Under the pieces are notes generated by a model. That model worked only from the letters and a program-made list of their open reading frames with translations, did not search any database and was not told the origin of the DNA. A DNA stretch of 61,364 nt, counting the filler, from Porpidia crustulata (lineage: Eukaryota): assembly GCA_964255105.1 (NCBI GenBank). It is 2 parts of 2 records of this genome, joined end to end, with 100 filler letters (N's around TTAATTAATTAA, not from the genome) between each part and the next. Parts side by side here need not be neighbours in the genome. Positions count along the whole stretch, not along the records: positions 30,840 to 61,364 come from CAXUWE010000020.1; 1 more part is not named here. One strand, 5' to 3'. How positions within the stretch are numbered: position 1 is the first letter of the stretch; every line of letters starts with the position of its first letter. This document shows, in pieces, positions 35,701 to 48,200 of this stretch. Both the position numbers and the translations under genes were made by a program.

Positions 35701-36050
35701 TATCCCGTAACGGAAGCTCTTGATATAATGTGCGTAGTCATGCTCGCTCGCAACAATGGACTGCAAAGCATCCGGTAGTCGCGAGATCGTGGCGCCATGG
35801 TTCGGAGTATCGGATGTGGTGTAACTGAAATTTAGATCACGATATATCTCTGCACTGGCTAGGTCAAAGCAGTGCTTGGAGACAAGGAGCAGTGCATGAA
35901 GATCTCTTCCGTCCACCTGTATTTGCCTATCAGAGGAGTTCCACAGCTTTCAGCATTATCGCTTACGTGACTAAAAATCTTATTTTGAGTCTCCAGAGGT
36001 AAATCAACAAAGGTAACTTTGCCATCACGGCAATCTGTGGACAAGGCCAT
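32726..36050 (-). CDS. F-box domain protein with LRR-like segments; introns 35917-35966, 35506-35569 and 33176-33221
   Basis: N-terminal TFVDLPLETQNKIFSH|VDGRDLHALLLVSK F-box; LRHLRL, LVSLTL and LRRLTL repeats. All three introns join in frame. Confidence 0.8.
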
Positions 36051-37259
36051 CCGTTACGCAAATCACTCATCCGCAATATGCTCATGGCACGGATGATAGT
36101 GGCATTGGACAAGGTTCGAGTTTAAGTTAGGATCGACCTCGAGGCTGGTATTGGATTGGGTGAGCTGGTCTGAAGCTCTTCGGACAGTTTGCATTGAACC
36201 GCCAGAGGGGGGGGCAGGAGGGGGAGATGGTGCGCCAGGCTTGACACAAGAGGTAAGTGAAGCTTCGTCTACTTCTCAGTAACTGATATCCATTTACAGG
36301 TTCAAGACTCTACTGATACCTACTAGTCTGGGCGACTTCACTGATAACTAGGATTCCATAACGGAATGTTGAGATCCGATAATCTATGTATCTTTTAACA
36401 CAGTGAAAGTAGTTAAGGTACCCCACTCAGGTACCTTGGGTTTGAAGTTTGAACTATGGAAGTTCACTGCCAGACTGCATAATTATTTAGCCGCCAACGG
36501 CGCGCTCCTACGGTCCCTGACCCATTTCATTGGCGTAATGTCATTTGGTGCGAGTGCGTGTACCTGTCAGGTAAACCACTTAGAATGGGAAAAACAACCA
36601 AGTCTACCTACTTTGTGAAATTCATCACTGCAAACTGTTTTGTTAAAGCTAATCAACAGACCTTCTTTCTAGCAAGGTAACGAACTCCACACTGTCTTGA
36701 TTTAGTGCTGCGTTTATGTCACAGCAAATCAAGCGCAGGTACATCGCGCGACCTCAGTCCTATGCAATTAATTCTCGAATCACTTTTAGGGGACAAAAGC
36801 GACGAGCGTGAGTGCAACAATCAAGACGCTGCTTAAAACGTGATGAACTTTTGTCACCTAATCTCATTTCGGATTGATGTGCATGATTCTAGCAGAGACA
36901 GCTCATGGGTCCTTGAGGACTGAAAACCGTGATCGGTGAGGACATTGCTATAGAGGCGCGGTTCTCACATAGCACGCAGGCTGTAGCATCCGCTGAGGGT
37001 GTCGATTTGGAAGTGTGGAGTGTCTGATAGAATTACAAAAGCAGAAAAGGTACTTTGATGTCCTACTGCCCCCTCACCCGGTACCATGACAATCACCTAT
37101 ACCCTGTAACCTGATTCAACCGCGCCAGCCGAGCCATATCTATGCGAAACGCTGCTGAGAATGTTGCATGTGCGAAGAAGCAGGAGAGGAAGAAGAAGAG
37201 GAAGATATGTTAAATACACGCCTGGAGAAAGAAATCTAACCGCAGTTTACTTGGGTGTC

Positions 37260-39544
37260 TTATGAGCCGTAGCTTCTGGTGTCCCTTCTCTGATATGGCT
37301 TTCTTTCATATGAACCTCCTCCACGCCCAGACGTGCGATCGTAGCCACCATTGCGGCCTCCGGGACGGCCAGTAGCATCCGCGCTTCGGGAGGTATATCG
37401 GTCGCCTGTTCTTCCATACCCACCGCCGCCTCGTGGAGATTCATCGCCGTTCAAAAAACCATAATCGCGTGAAGAACCCGCCCCACGGTGATTATCAGGG
37501 CGTCCAAACCGTCCGCTGGAGCCTCCAAATCCACTGCTACTGCCTCCGCGATCACCATTGCCATAGGGTGCACGGTCCCCTCTGCCACCATCAACTGCGA
37601 AGCCACCTCTGCCCATGCTGCTACTCCTCTCGGAGCCATATCCGCTAGGTTCCGCTCGTTCCTCGTAACCAATGTTGATACCCCGTATACGACTCAGACC
37701 AAGTTTTTGGGCCAGTCCGCGTGCAACAGCCGGCGGCGAGTCCATACCCCAGAGATACTTTGCGAGGTTGTTCATTGAATCGATAAGAGTCTGCTTATTT
37801 GCCAGCCAGCCGTAAATGCCAAGACTTGCCATATAGGAGGCAACTTTCTCCGTTCGGGGAACCATTTTCGCGGCATCAACAACTTGGGTGAGTAATTTGG
37901 CGGTATCCTCGGGAAGCTGCGCATCTTTAGTCATATCTACCTTGGCAGTCTCTAAAGAATAGTCGGGCTTCAATGGAAGCTTCTTGAGTCTAATAGTATT
38001 TTCCGAAACCTCGGCCTGGGTCAGTAATATCCAGCCTTCACCTTCTTTATCGCCTCGGGCCGTTCGGCCTAATCGGTGAATATAAGTATCTCGCGACGGT
38101 GGAACGCCGACCTGTATAACATGTGTCACGTTCGGGAAGTCCATTCCTCGAGCAGTTACATCGGATGATAAGAGAATACCGCATTGAGAATCGCGAAAAC
38201 GTGCCGCTGCACCTGTCCGTCCCAATTGCGTTAGTTTGGCATGGATGAAAAACAGTCGCGCCGGATGGAGAGGATGCTGATGAAAGAGGCTTTGACCAGG
38301 ATTCTTAAGGTTCCTCAAAACCGAGTGGGCAAGAGTGACGTCTGCTGTAGCGTTGAAGTAGATTATAGCTTTGAAGTTCTTGTTTTTTTCAATTCCTCTT
38401 TTGCAGAGCTCCAAGACAGCCGGTAGAAGATTCTCAAAGCCTCCCACGTTGACCAATTTTTGCGGCACCCTTTCATGAGTTTCTTGCGCTCCTTGTTCCA
38501 CAGTGCGGACGAATTTGAAGTCAGGCTTCATGGTCTTACGAACAATCGACATGACTTCCTGCGGTACTGTGGCGGAGAACAAAAGAGTCTGACGATCGAC
38601 ATTTCTTCGATCCGGTAACAATCTTTGGATAGAATCAATTTCAGGTGCAAAGCCTTGGTCTAAAAGCCTATCCGCTTCGTCGAGTACGAAAGCACTAAGG
38701 TTTGATGCTTTTACTTGGCTATACGGGTCTTGTAGAATATCATTGAGTCTACCTGGTGTCCCTACCAAGATATGGCAACCCTCCATTTTCATCTTGCGAA
38801 GTCCTTCAACCTTGCGGGAACCACCGACTGCGGTCTGTACAATGACTCCAGTGTTCTTGGTCACTTTCAATGCTTCAACAGCAATTTGCTCGGCTAATTC
38901 TCTTGTTGGAGAGATGATGATCGCTCTAATGTCCATTGGAGAACCTCGAGCTCGGCCGTAGCTAGTGCGCTTCTCAAGGCTTGGGTCTTTGCTGATAATG
39001 TTCTGCAAGACTGGGATAAGAAAGGCTAGAGTTTTACCGGTACCGGTACGGGCTTGTGCCAGCCTGTAAATAACGTCTATTAGCGAGTTGAATCAGGGCA
39101 ACCTTCAGACGAGATTTACACATCAATGCCTTTTAAGGTCTCGTTTATTGTCAAGCTTTGCACTTGTGTCATTATCTCGAGGCCCATCTTCTCAGTTATT
39201 GTATCGACTACAGTATTGCACACCAATCCGTCCCTCGATAGCTCTTTAAATTTTGTGATCGGGCCAAGCCTGGTCGCTTCAGTAATCTGAGCATCGGAAG
39301 GTGGCTCCTGCGAAAATATTTCATTCTCTATCTCATCCTCTTTCTCCTCTTCTCGTTCTTGATATGCAGCTCTCTGTCTCGATAGCAAGCTTGTGCCGAG
39401 TGTACGGAAAGGAACTCCAGATTGAACATGCAATATTGGAGGGCATTTTGTGAGGACAATTGACTTGAGACATGTTCTGGAGTTGAAGGGCGAAAGTAGG
39501 TTTCTTGCTATTGAGCCAGGACCTCTTCGCACCGCGTTCAGCAT
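37260..39544 (-). CDS. MSS116: Mitochondrial DEAD-box RNA helicase (Mss116/CYT-19 family); intron 39064-39119
   Basis: AQARTGTGKT, SPTRELA, TPGRL, DEAD, FSAT, ARGMD and HRLGRTAR motifs; presequence; Gly/Arg-rich tail. Confidence 0.9.
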
Positions 39545-40309
39545 TGGCCGTATGGCAACTGATATAGGCTGGAATAAGAGGAATGTAATGAGTAGTTTGC
39601 TGAGTCCTCGAAATTCAGGATTGCTGAATATGTAGGAAGTCCGTGTTTACGCTTTTCAAACTCATGTCCGCAGCGAGTGATGATGCTCAACGCGAAAATT
39701 TCCCGGACCCTGCACGCTAAACCCTTGGAGGTTAATCCCTGTTGAAGCTACGAGGATATCGTTGCGCTGCGAATGAATACTGAACTACCACCAACCAGTG
39801 AACCGTGAACAACCCCCAGTCTATGAGCAAAGAAAATAAAGTATATCATAAAAGCAGTCTTCAAGAACGATTGATCTGAATTACTCTGATACGTAATTTG
39901 CTCCTGCTGCTTTGTAATTTCAGCTAGATAAATACCATTGCCCGCCAACTCGATAGAAGCTGAGCAACGACAAATGACATACCTAGAGTATAGCATTGTA
40001 TACTGAGTCCCTACCTAATTATTGCTTATGTGAGCGCTAGTTTCAGCAAAAGGTAATTCATTGAGACTATTGTTCAAACCTCGAAATATACTGGATTAAT
40101 TTAGAATGCTTCATGGAAAGGGTACGCCTTGACGCGCGAGGCAGAAAGCAGAATAAGCCTCCGATTTGACGATTTCACCAGGAGTAGCAATTTTACAAGA
40201 ATCCATGATAAAGAATGCGAAGCTAGTAATACAGAAGAGAAATTGTAGGGCATTTATGTTCTGTTCATTCTGCAATTTAGGTTGTATGTGTCAATTTATC
40301 TTTCCTAGA

Positions 40310-41259
40310 CTATTGCAAATAGTCTGCACCGCATTCTCTTTCGATGACATCGAACAGCGGCTTAGCACTGAACCATCCAGCGATGGGCGTCCCAATGGTC
40401 TTATAAGTGAATGCAGCCTCTTCTTCTCCGATTTTCTTCGTCTCAATCCCTCTGCCACCGGCAGCTGCATCTGCCATCAACTGAGCATGGCAACACTTTT
40501 CCATGCTGATGAACCAGAACACAGCCGCCTCGATAGTTTGCCCGACGGTCAAAAGACCGTGATTCTGAAGTAATGCAGCTTTCTTGTCACCGAGGCAGGC
40601 CGCAATATCATTACCCTCCTTGTCCGCAAGCACAATACCATTGAAACTTTCGTACACAACATGGTCCTGAGAGTTCAGACTTGTCAGCAAATATCTTTCT
40701 ACTGTGATGCGAATGTACCTGCATTGTGGAAAGAGCACGAGTCTTGCGTGATCATGTCTAGCTTTTGGCCCAGGGTGCAGAAGGAGCGTCCATAGATGCT
40801 GTGACTATGGGCGGCGCAGACCACATCAGGCCTGGCCTTGTGGACTGCTCCGTGGATCATGAAAGCAGCTGCATTTAGCAGTCTGACTTTCCCACCATCG
40901 ATGATCTTCCCGCTGTGGTCCACTTGTATCAAATCACTCTTCCTGATCAATGAAAACGCCACACCAAATGGGTTCACCCAGAAGGTGGTGGGATCAACAG
41001 GATCGCGAACGGTAATGTGGCCTGCAACTCCTTCGTCGAACCCGTATTTGCCAAAGATGCGGAAGGCAGCCGCCAGACGACCTTTCAAATATTCACGCTC
41101 CTCATACTGATCCACGAAATTTCTGGGTGGGCCAGGGAACTTTGGCATCTGTACAGTGGCTTGGTGCTCACTCAAACCGGGTTCTAAAGGTGCTTTCGTA
41201 GAAGGTTGAGAGTGGCCATTGAGGTGAGTTTCTGGATTCGTAGCCGATGGCGGTGCCAT
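40310..41259 (-). CDS. Class II aldolase/adducin-domain protein; GC-AG intron 40667-40722
   Basis: EGVAGHITVRDP, IHGAVH, AHSHS and LLQNHGLL metal-ligand motifs. Confidence 0.9.
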
Positions 41260-41829
41260 GTCCTATTTTCTACTGTTCCGCCCAGGACTGGATTGTACAA
41301 ATCAATGAATAAGTTAGATGAGAGACAACAACAAGAGAATAAGTGCACTGTTATGAGGGTATCGAGTATGGTTGTGTTAAAGAGCAGAAATGCCATTGTT
41401 TGAACTATGACTGCGGGGCTTCATGAATAATTATTGAATATAACGGGCCGAGGTACTGACTCAGTGGGTTAATAAGGTCAGACGAAGCTGTAAGCTCTCT
41501 TCAGTCATATAATTAAAACTATGCGAATATTATGAGGCGGACCGCCCTCACGTATCTGAGAGACCGCTGTGTGGAAATCAGAGAAGGTTGCAGTAGATAT
41601 GCTGCACGGCGCCGCCTTGGCAGAGTGTACTTAGGCTACTACACACAACGTGTAGTGATTACGCCATCCAGAGCCTCTAGTGGAGTTGGAATGAAGGCTT
41701 GAGGTCGGTAAGTAATTGAGGATCGTGAGGGTCTGAAAACATTGAAATTGCTAGAGGGAAGACTTCAATAAAAAGGGGTAGCCTCGGTAGTGATCAACCG
41801 ATCAAACGATCAAGGCATTTGAAGAAAAT

Positions 41830-41859
41830 GCGACTGCAAGCGACTGCAAGCGACTGCAC
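41830..41859. repeat. 10-bp tandem repeat (GCGACTGCAA) x3
   Basis: Read directly; the last copy ends in CAC. Confidence 0.9.
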
Positions 41860-42225
41860 GATGATCTCCTCATGGCTCGTGATGAATTCTTGATATGCCG
41901 ATAGAAGCTGGCAAAGGAATTACGACCTGCCAGAACGAGGAGTCTGGCGCTGTCGAGAATATAAGCTGTACTCCATACTTGATAATAATAATTGAACAAT
42001 AGGACTAATGGATTGCTATTGAAGGGATACCCCAATGTTCTGGTAGGATCTGATAAGATTATACTCGTGACTGGTACGCATGCCAGGTCTCGCTTATCGT
42101 AAGGTCTCCAGTGTAGATAACTCGTTCATTTATTGGGTAATACACGAGCAGCGGAGGGACTATTTGGATTTTAACTAAGTCTTGGGCGATCCGATTTACT
42201 TTCATATTCTTCAGCGCAATTAAAG

Positions 42226-45200
42226 ATGGGAAAGCGTGGAGGGAAGAGAGTCAGTACGTCCATCTTATTATGCTGGTTTCTCGTGGGGCTCACATAACGC
42301 AGTCTGGCGGACGACATGGCGGAGGCGGAACACAACGCCCACAGGAACGAGTGGATATTCAGGATATACCTAGAAACCATACGCTGTTCGAGCTCTACTA
42401 TCAAGAACTTAGGATTGTGAATGATGGGGAAAAAGAGGCATTTTGGGAAGCTATGCGACGAGATCTTCCCAATAGCTTCCGCTTTACAGGATCAAAAGGG
42501 TATGTATCATTGGTATCAAACTTGAGTATTTTCTTATTGAAAGTTGGAAGACGCGCAATTTCTGTACAACAAAGGCTAAAAGACCACTACATTCCCGAAA
42601 TCACCTCGATAAAACACAATGGCCAGCTAGTGGAGCCACCAACCTCAATACCATGGTATCCCGATGAATTGGCCTGGCAGATGATAACCCCGAAGAACGT
42701 TGTACGACGATTTCCACCTTTTGCTTCGTTCCAGAAGTGGTTGGTGTCAGAGACGAGCGTTGGCAATATAAGTCGGCAAGAGGTGGTCAGCATGATACCT
42801 CCGTTGGTCATGGGCGTGGAGCCGTGGATGACCGTCTTAGATATGTGCGCTGCACCGGGCAGTAAAGCCGCTCAACTAATAGAGATGATCCACTCCGCAG
42901 AGGAGGCTGGAATGCAATCGGTGCTTGATGAATTGGCAGAATGCGAAGGGCAAGCACGAAAGCCCAACCCCAACGGCGAGATTAGGGGGGCAGTGGGAGA
43001 GGCAAAGAAGACTGGACTTCATCGAGATGATGGGAGGGCTACTGGCCTACTCATTGCCAATGACTCTGATTACAAACGAGCGCACATGCTCATCCATCAG
43101 ATGAAACGCCTAAACTCGCCGAATTTGATTGTGACAAATCATGATGCCACCATGTTCCCTTCTATAAAATTACCATCTCTACCAGGTCACAAAGGATCCA
43201 CACCGCCAAACAGATACCTCAAGTTCGACCGAATCCTAGCGGACGTGCCCTGTTCTGGAGATGGGACATGCAGGAAGAACATCAACGTATGGAAAGACTG
43301 GCATCCGGGAAACAGCTTAGGACTTTTCAGCACGCAGGTGAAGATCCTCTACCGCGCTTTACAAATGCTGAAGGTGGGCGGTCGCGTTGTATATTCTACA
43401 TGTAGCATGAATCCTGTGGAGAACGAGGCAGTCATCGCGAGCGTCATTGAGCGTTGTGGTGGTCTAACGGTTGTTGAAGTTATCGACAGCAGTAGTGCTC
43501 TCCCGGAACTGAAGAGAAAACCAGGCTTGAATAATTGGAAGGTCATGGACAAGCAGGGCAAGATATGGGGTTCATGGGCGGAAGTGGAAAACGCAAGAGC
43601 TAAAGAAAGCCCTGAAGGCTTGGGTAGACTTATTGAGGGGATGTTCGCACCCACGCGCGCAGATGAAACGATTCCTTTAGAAAGATGTATGCGAGTATAC
43701 CCGCATTTGCAAGACACAGGGGCCTTCTTCATCACGGTCCTAGAAAAGAAGACAGAGATAAAGGCCAAACCTCAGGCAGATGTGAGGAAGACTGAAGGAA
43801 AGACTTCTATCATCGCCACAGTAGAGGAGATTGAAGCGAAACCGATCAATGGGGCCAACCCCGTCGAGAAGATAAACGCGCTCGACGACCTAGCACCACC
43901 GCGGTCAAACAGCGACGCAGAAGGGCTCTCTGCGGCAGCACGGCAAAACAAAGAAACCGCACCCACCCAGACCGTCACGCCCCAAAAACGAAGACTAGAC
44001 GACATAGCCGATGCAGACGCAGCGACCAAACGTCCTAAATTCCGTGAAGAGGTTGACGACGCTGCTCCTCGCGGCGAAGAAGACCGTCAAGTCCATTATC
44101 CTCCTCCTCCAGGCGCGCAGCTAGAACTCTCTCGCCCTGAGACAATAAAATTATCCTTACCAGCACCGCCCATACGAAACCCGAATCAGCCATCCAAACG
44201 CAACGCCAATCAAGCTTTTGAAGAACCTTTCAAATATCTTGACCCAAATCACGACGAGCTCAAGTCTATAGATGACTTTTACTCTCTCTCTCGGCATTTC
44301 CCGCGCGACAGATTCATGGTCCGTAATGCCCTAGGAAACCCTGTGAAGACAATCTACTACACCTCAGCTCTAGCGAGAGATATCCTGAAAGAAAACGAAG
44401 CAAAGGGGATCAAGTTTGTGCATTGCGGAGTCAAAATGTTTGTGAAACAGGACGTGCAAAAAGTTGGAGTCTGTAAATGGCGGATCCAGACGGAGGGTTT
44501 GCCGATACTACAGGCATGGGTTGGTGACGAGCGTGTCGTAAGATTGTGGAGGCGCGAAACCCTACACAAGCTGCTTCTGGATATGTTCCCGAAGGTTGAT
44601 GGCGACAGCTGGAAAGATCTTGGGGAGATTGGGGAACGCGTCCGCGACGTGAGTATGGGCTGCTGTGTATTGCGCGTGGAGTTGTCCCCTGATGACGAGT
44701 GCAACGGGTATTTCGCCCCCTGCTCGCCTGTTATTCACCCCCCCGCGTGGGCTCGCTCTCCCGCTCCCCAGTAGCACGCTAATACTCATTCTCAAGTACC
44801 GCGACCGAACAATTCACCCTTCCCCTCTGGCGCTCCCTCCACTCCCTCAACCTCATGTTACCAAAGGAAGACCGCAAAGCCATGCTACTGCGCATCTTCG
44901 ACGACGACTCCCCGCTCACCGACAGCTCCAAAAACCGCTTCTTGCAACCTGCCCCCACCACCGAACCACCCGAAGCGAAAGGGGACGGCGACGACGATAT
45001 AGCCATGAAAGACGAGGAGCCGGAAGACGTGGCAAATGAGGAACTGGAAGACCCGGTCAATGAAGAAACCGAACGTGTCGTTAATCTTCAAAGCGCCGAA
45101 CCCGTACCCATCGACAACGACGATGAGGAGGGCATTACAGGCACAGTGGGCTTGGCCGGCTCGGATATAACTCCCGGACTATCCGGGGGCAAGGGCGTCG

Positions 45201-45271
45201 GAGACAAGCAGGAAATATACGGGACGAGCGTAGACGGGCCCGTGGACACGAGCGGGCAGAACGGGGGATGA
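42226..45271 (+). CDS. NCL1: tRNA (cytosine-C5)-methyltransferase Ncl1/Trm4 (NSUN2); introns 42250-42302, 42500-42550 and about 44708-44796
   Basis: RQEVVSMIPP, LDMCAAPGSK, ADVPCSGDG, YSTCSMNPVENE, PHLQDTGAFF and C-terminal LPLWRSLHSLNLMLPKEDRKAMLLR. Confidence 0.93.
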
Positions 45272-48200
45272 ATGGATAATTGACGGAAAGGAGGGAAGAG
45301 ACCTCAAGGAGAAAAGCGGAGAAGGCTTCCGAGGTGGGGAGATTCGCGGGTAGCAGAAATCGACCATTTCCGCGGATATATTTCTTTCATATGCTTTGAC
45401 TTGAGTGATTACGCGCTACATACGCGCTACACACATCTACGTACCTACTCTCCCCTGTCAAACCTTCACACCATCCTCCTACTCTCACTTGTCTTCTTCC
45501 CTTCCCACTTCCCCCTTCCCCACCCGCACACGATGAGGCCAGGGATTTTAGATTCCCGACCGCAGCGAACGCACACCTTTTGTGTTCGGCGACCGGATTT
45601 CAACGGGATCGCGGCAGGTGGAGGGAAGGATCGTAGGGGGTTGTATGAGAGATGGGTTTTTTGTCGAGGTGGGAGGTTTAGTATACTGGCGGATGGAGGG
45701 ACTTTTTTCTCCCTTTTTCCTGTGGTTAGATTGTGATCAAGCGTCGCGGTACTTCAAGCGACCGAAGGGAAGGGGAAAAGATATTTGTATCTTGTTAGCC
45801 AAGTCCCTCGCTCTCACTGCGCTTTGCACTCCTCGCCCCTGCTGACTTGGGAGAATACTCTGGCTTGGGGATTAGCGCTGGGGTTAAGGGCGGGTCGTGG
45901 TTTGGGTTGCTGAGATATGCCAAGGGAATATTCCGGAAGGTCAGTGAGTGAGAAGCCCGAAGGCGTTACGACGGCGCTGTGGTCTTGCTCGCTCGAACCG
46001 AATTGATCTTGCCTTTGAGCGTGCAGAGCGTGCAGAATGATCCATGTCGTACGGCGTTTGAGGAAGATATTCATAATCGTCTTGCATCCAGGAACCGAAG
46101 AGTGGTATAACGGCCAAAAATTGGGGTTCGGATCGTTCATCCGGGTTTCGGAAATGCAGAGGACGACGATCACGGAAACGCAAGCGATGTGGCACAGTAC
46201 ATAGTTCACATACGGGGATGTTCTGCTTTGGAAAGTGGAAACAGCGTAGGGTTAGCGTTTGCTTTTGCGCAAGCTCCTTTTGGGTCACTCAAGTCCTTGT
46301 TCACAGGTGCCTTGCTCGCCGGGACTCCGAAAGGATATTGGGAAATTTTAGGGCGCACGCTTTCTCCTCGGCATAGCTGTGACTTCTGGTGCAGTCCTGC
46401 ACTGAGTTTGAAGGTGACACGAAAGGTTACGCGGGGAAAAGGTCACACAAAAGCCCGCACGGCCTTCATCGCCTGGCTTGGCGAGCGCTGACGGTGGTCA
46501 AGGCAAGAGTTCGGTTCATGCGCCGGAGTCAGGCGATCAAGGCATAACCCGCTTGAAGCGGCCCATAGTGGGAGGATCCTTAGGGCTCGTTCTTGCTCGG
46601 ACGCTATGGATTCGTCCTGTGTTGCTTGGCATACTCAATGTATGTGTATGGCAGTCTGAGGCTGGCTGAGCTGGAGGATGGTTTCTCATCAACTTACGTA
46701 TCATAGTAGGGTAGTGGGATACGTGGAACCCCACTTGGTCAGGACCCTTTTGTCTTTACATTCCCATAGGTTAATTGTGGACTAGCCAGCATTGAAGAAT
46801 GATCTATGTCAGAGCCCGATATGTCGGAATTGGGCCGTCCCGAGCTTTACCGAGGAAACATTGGAAGACGAAGCACTTGAAGGGGAAGGGTAGGATCGTG
46901 ATTGTGTGCTGCATTTTGCGAGGTAGAGAAGGCTTGGTTATCCCTGCAGGCGTGAAGAGGCTCACCGGTTGCCCTCAACCCGAGACTATTGACTAAGAAC
47001 ACGAATTATTTGTGATAGCAGATCATAATAAGACTTACAGAGCCCGTGTCCGACCATTTCGACCTCGTCCTGCATACAGGAACTGAGGCTGGTCACTCGT
47101 CATTAACACCTTGCTGTTGATAATCAGCAGAAGGTGATGGATGAGATTTCCAGAGTCAAATTGAGGCTTGAGGCATTGTTGGCGGAGATCCGTTGGAGCT
47201 GCAGATCATGCGTGGAAAGAACTCCACTCCACGCGTCGTGTTGGAAGGCTCTGTGCAGAGTGACTCACAATACTGCAGTATTGGAGACCAAGGACTGCTA
47301 CTAGGGAACAAGCGTACCCACAATTTACAGTGTTAAGGTGTCAGTGAGAATGAGAAGCGGACACCGTGATGACCTTGGCAAAGAAGGCACAGGGAGGATC
47401 GAAGTGGAGATGAGATACCATATGCTCCCGGTCGTCAAGAGGTGCATGAAAACAATAGTGAGGCACAACAGATACTTCATGGCCAGTGGTGGAGGATACT
47501 TAGGATAGAGCTCCATGGGTAGAGTGGTGTATCGTTCTATGCCCTAACCCCATCAGCGTTTTGTGGCTGCCTGTCAAATCCATGTAAGACGGCAAAGTGC
47601 GTGATCGTTGCAGCGGTTTGATAAGAACTTCGGTCGAAGCCGATTGGCAGAAACCTAGGAGACACATATACGAAAGCTGCTCGAGACCTCGTGCTAAGAT
47701 TCAACAGCACCAGCTGGCCTGCAGCGTAGCGGAGATCATATAGTCGTACGAAGCTATATCAGATGAGCATCTCGTTCACTCTGAGTTTGAAGTTCGATTT
47801 TATTGGTTTTCTAAGTGACACGTAGGCTGTCGATGCAGACGTGCAGCACAGTTGTCAAAACGTGTGGTGAAGGAAAAGAGTGTGCGGACTGTGCGTAATG
47901 CTCACGTTGTACGAAGACGTTGATGTCTGCCGGGCTATTGCCTGTTTGCAGCCCTAGAATATGATGCTTTAGCTTGTCTCGTCAAAATTCGAAAAAGCTG
48001 TGCATGCTTGCAGCCGGATGTCGGGTGGACACTCCATACCCAATCGTACGGACAACGAGCAGTAGAGCCTCGATCTATGTCAGCAAGCAGCCCAACGCTG
48101 TGGAATACCACACCAGGGATCACATATTGAGGTGGATCATGGCCATGATTCTGGCTCGCCGGTGAAGCTAGGTGCATGGCAACGTAGAAAATGGCAACGA

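Noticed and set aside
36560..37030. Possible C/D snoRNAs or U3 (GTGATGA..CTGA on both strands; AGCGTGA)
   Set aside because: No rRNA-complementary guide that I can verify and no U3 box A; these short boxes arise by chance.
39677..39785. C/D box pair and PAC/RRPE-like motifs upstream of MSS116
   Set aside because: The matches are imperfect and short, with no identifiable guide.
45541..45554. Near-complement to an 18S rRNA segment (AGGGATTTTAGATT)
   Set aside because: It needs a bulge, box C is non-canonical and there is no nearby box D.
45814..46734. Minus-strand ORFs of 65-131 aa
   Set aside because: They cannot be joined into a coherent spliced gene and show no domain signal.
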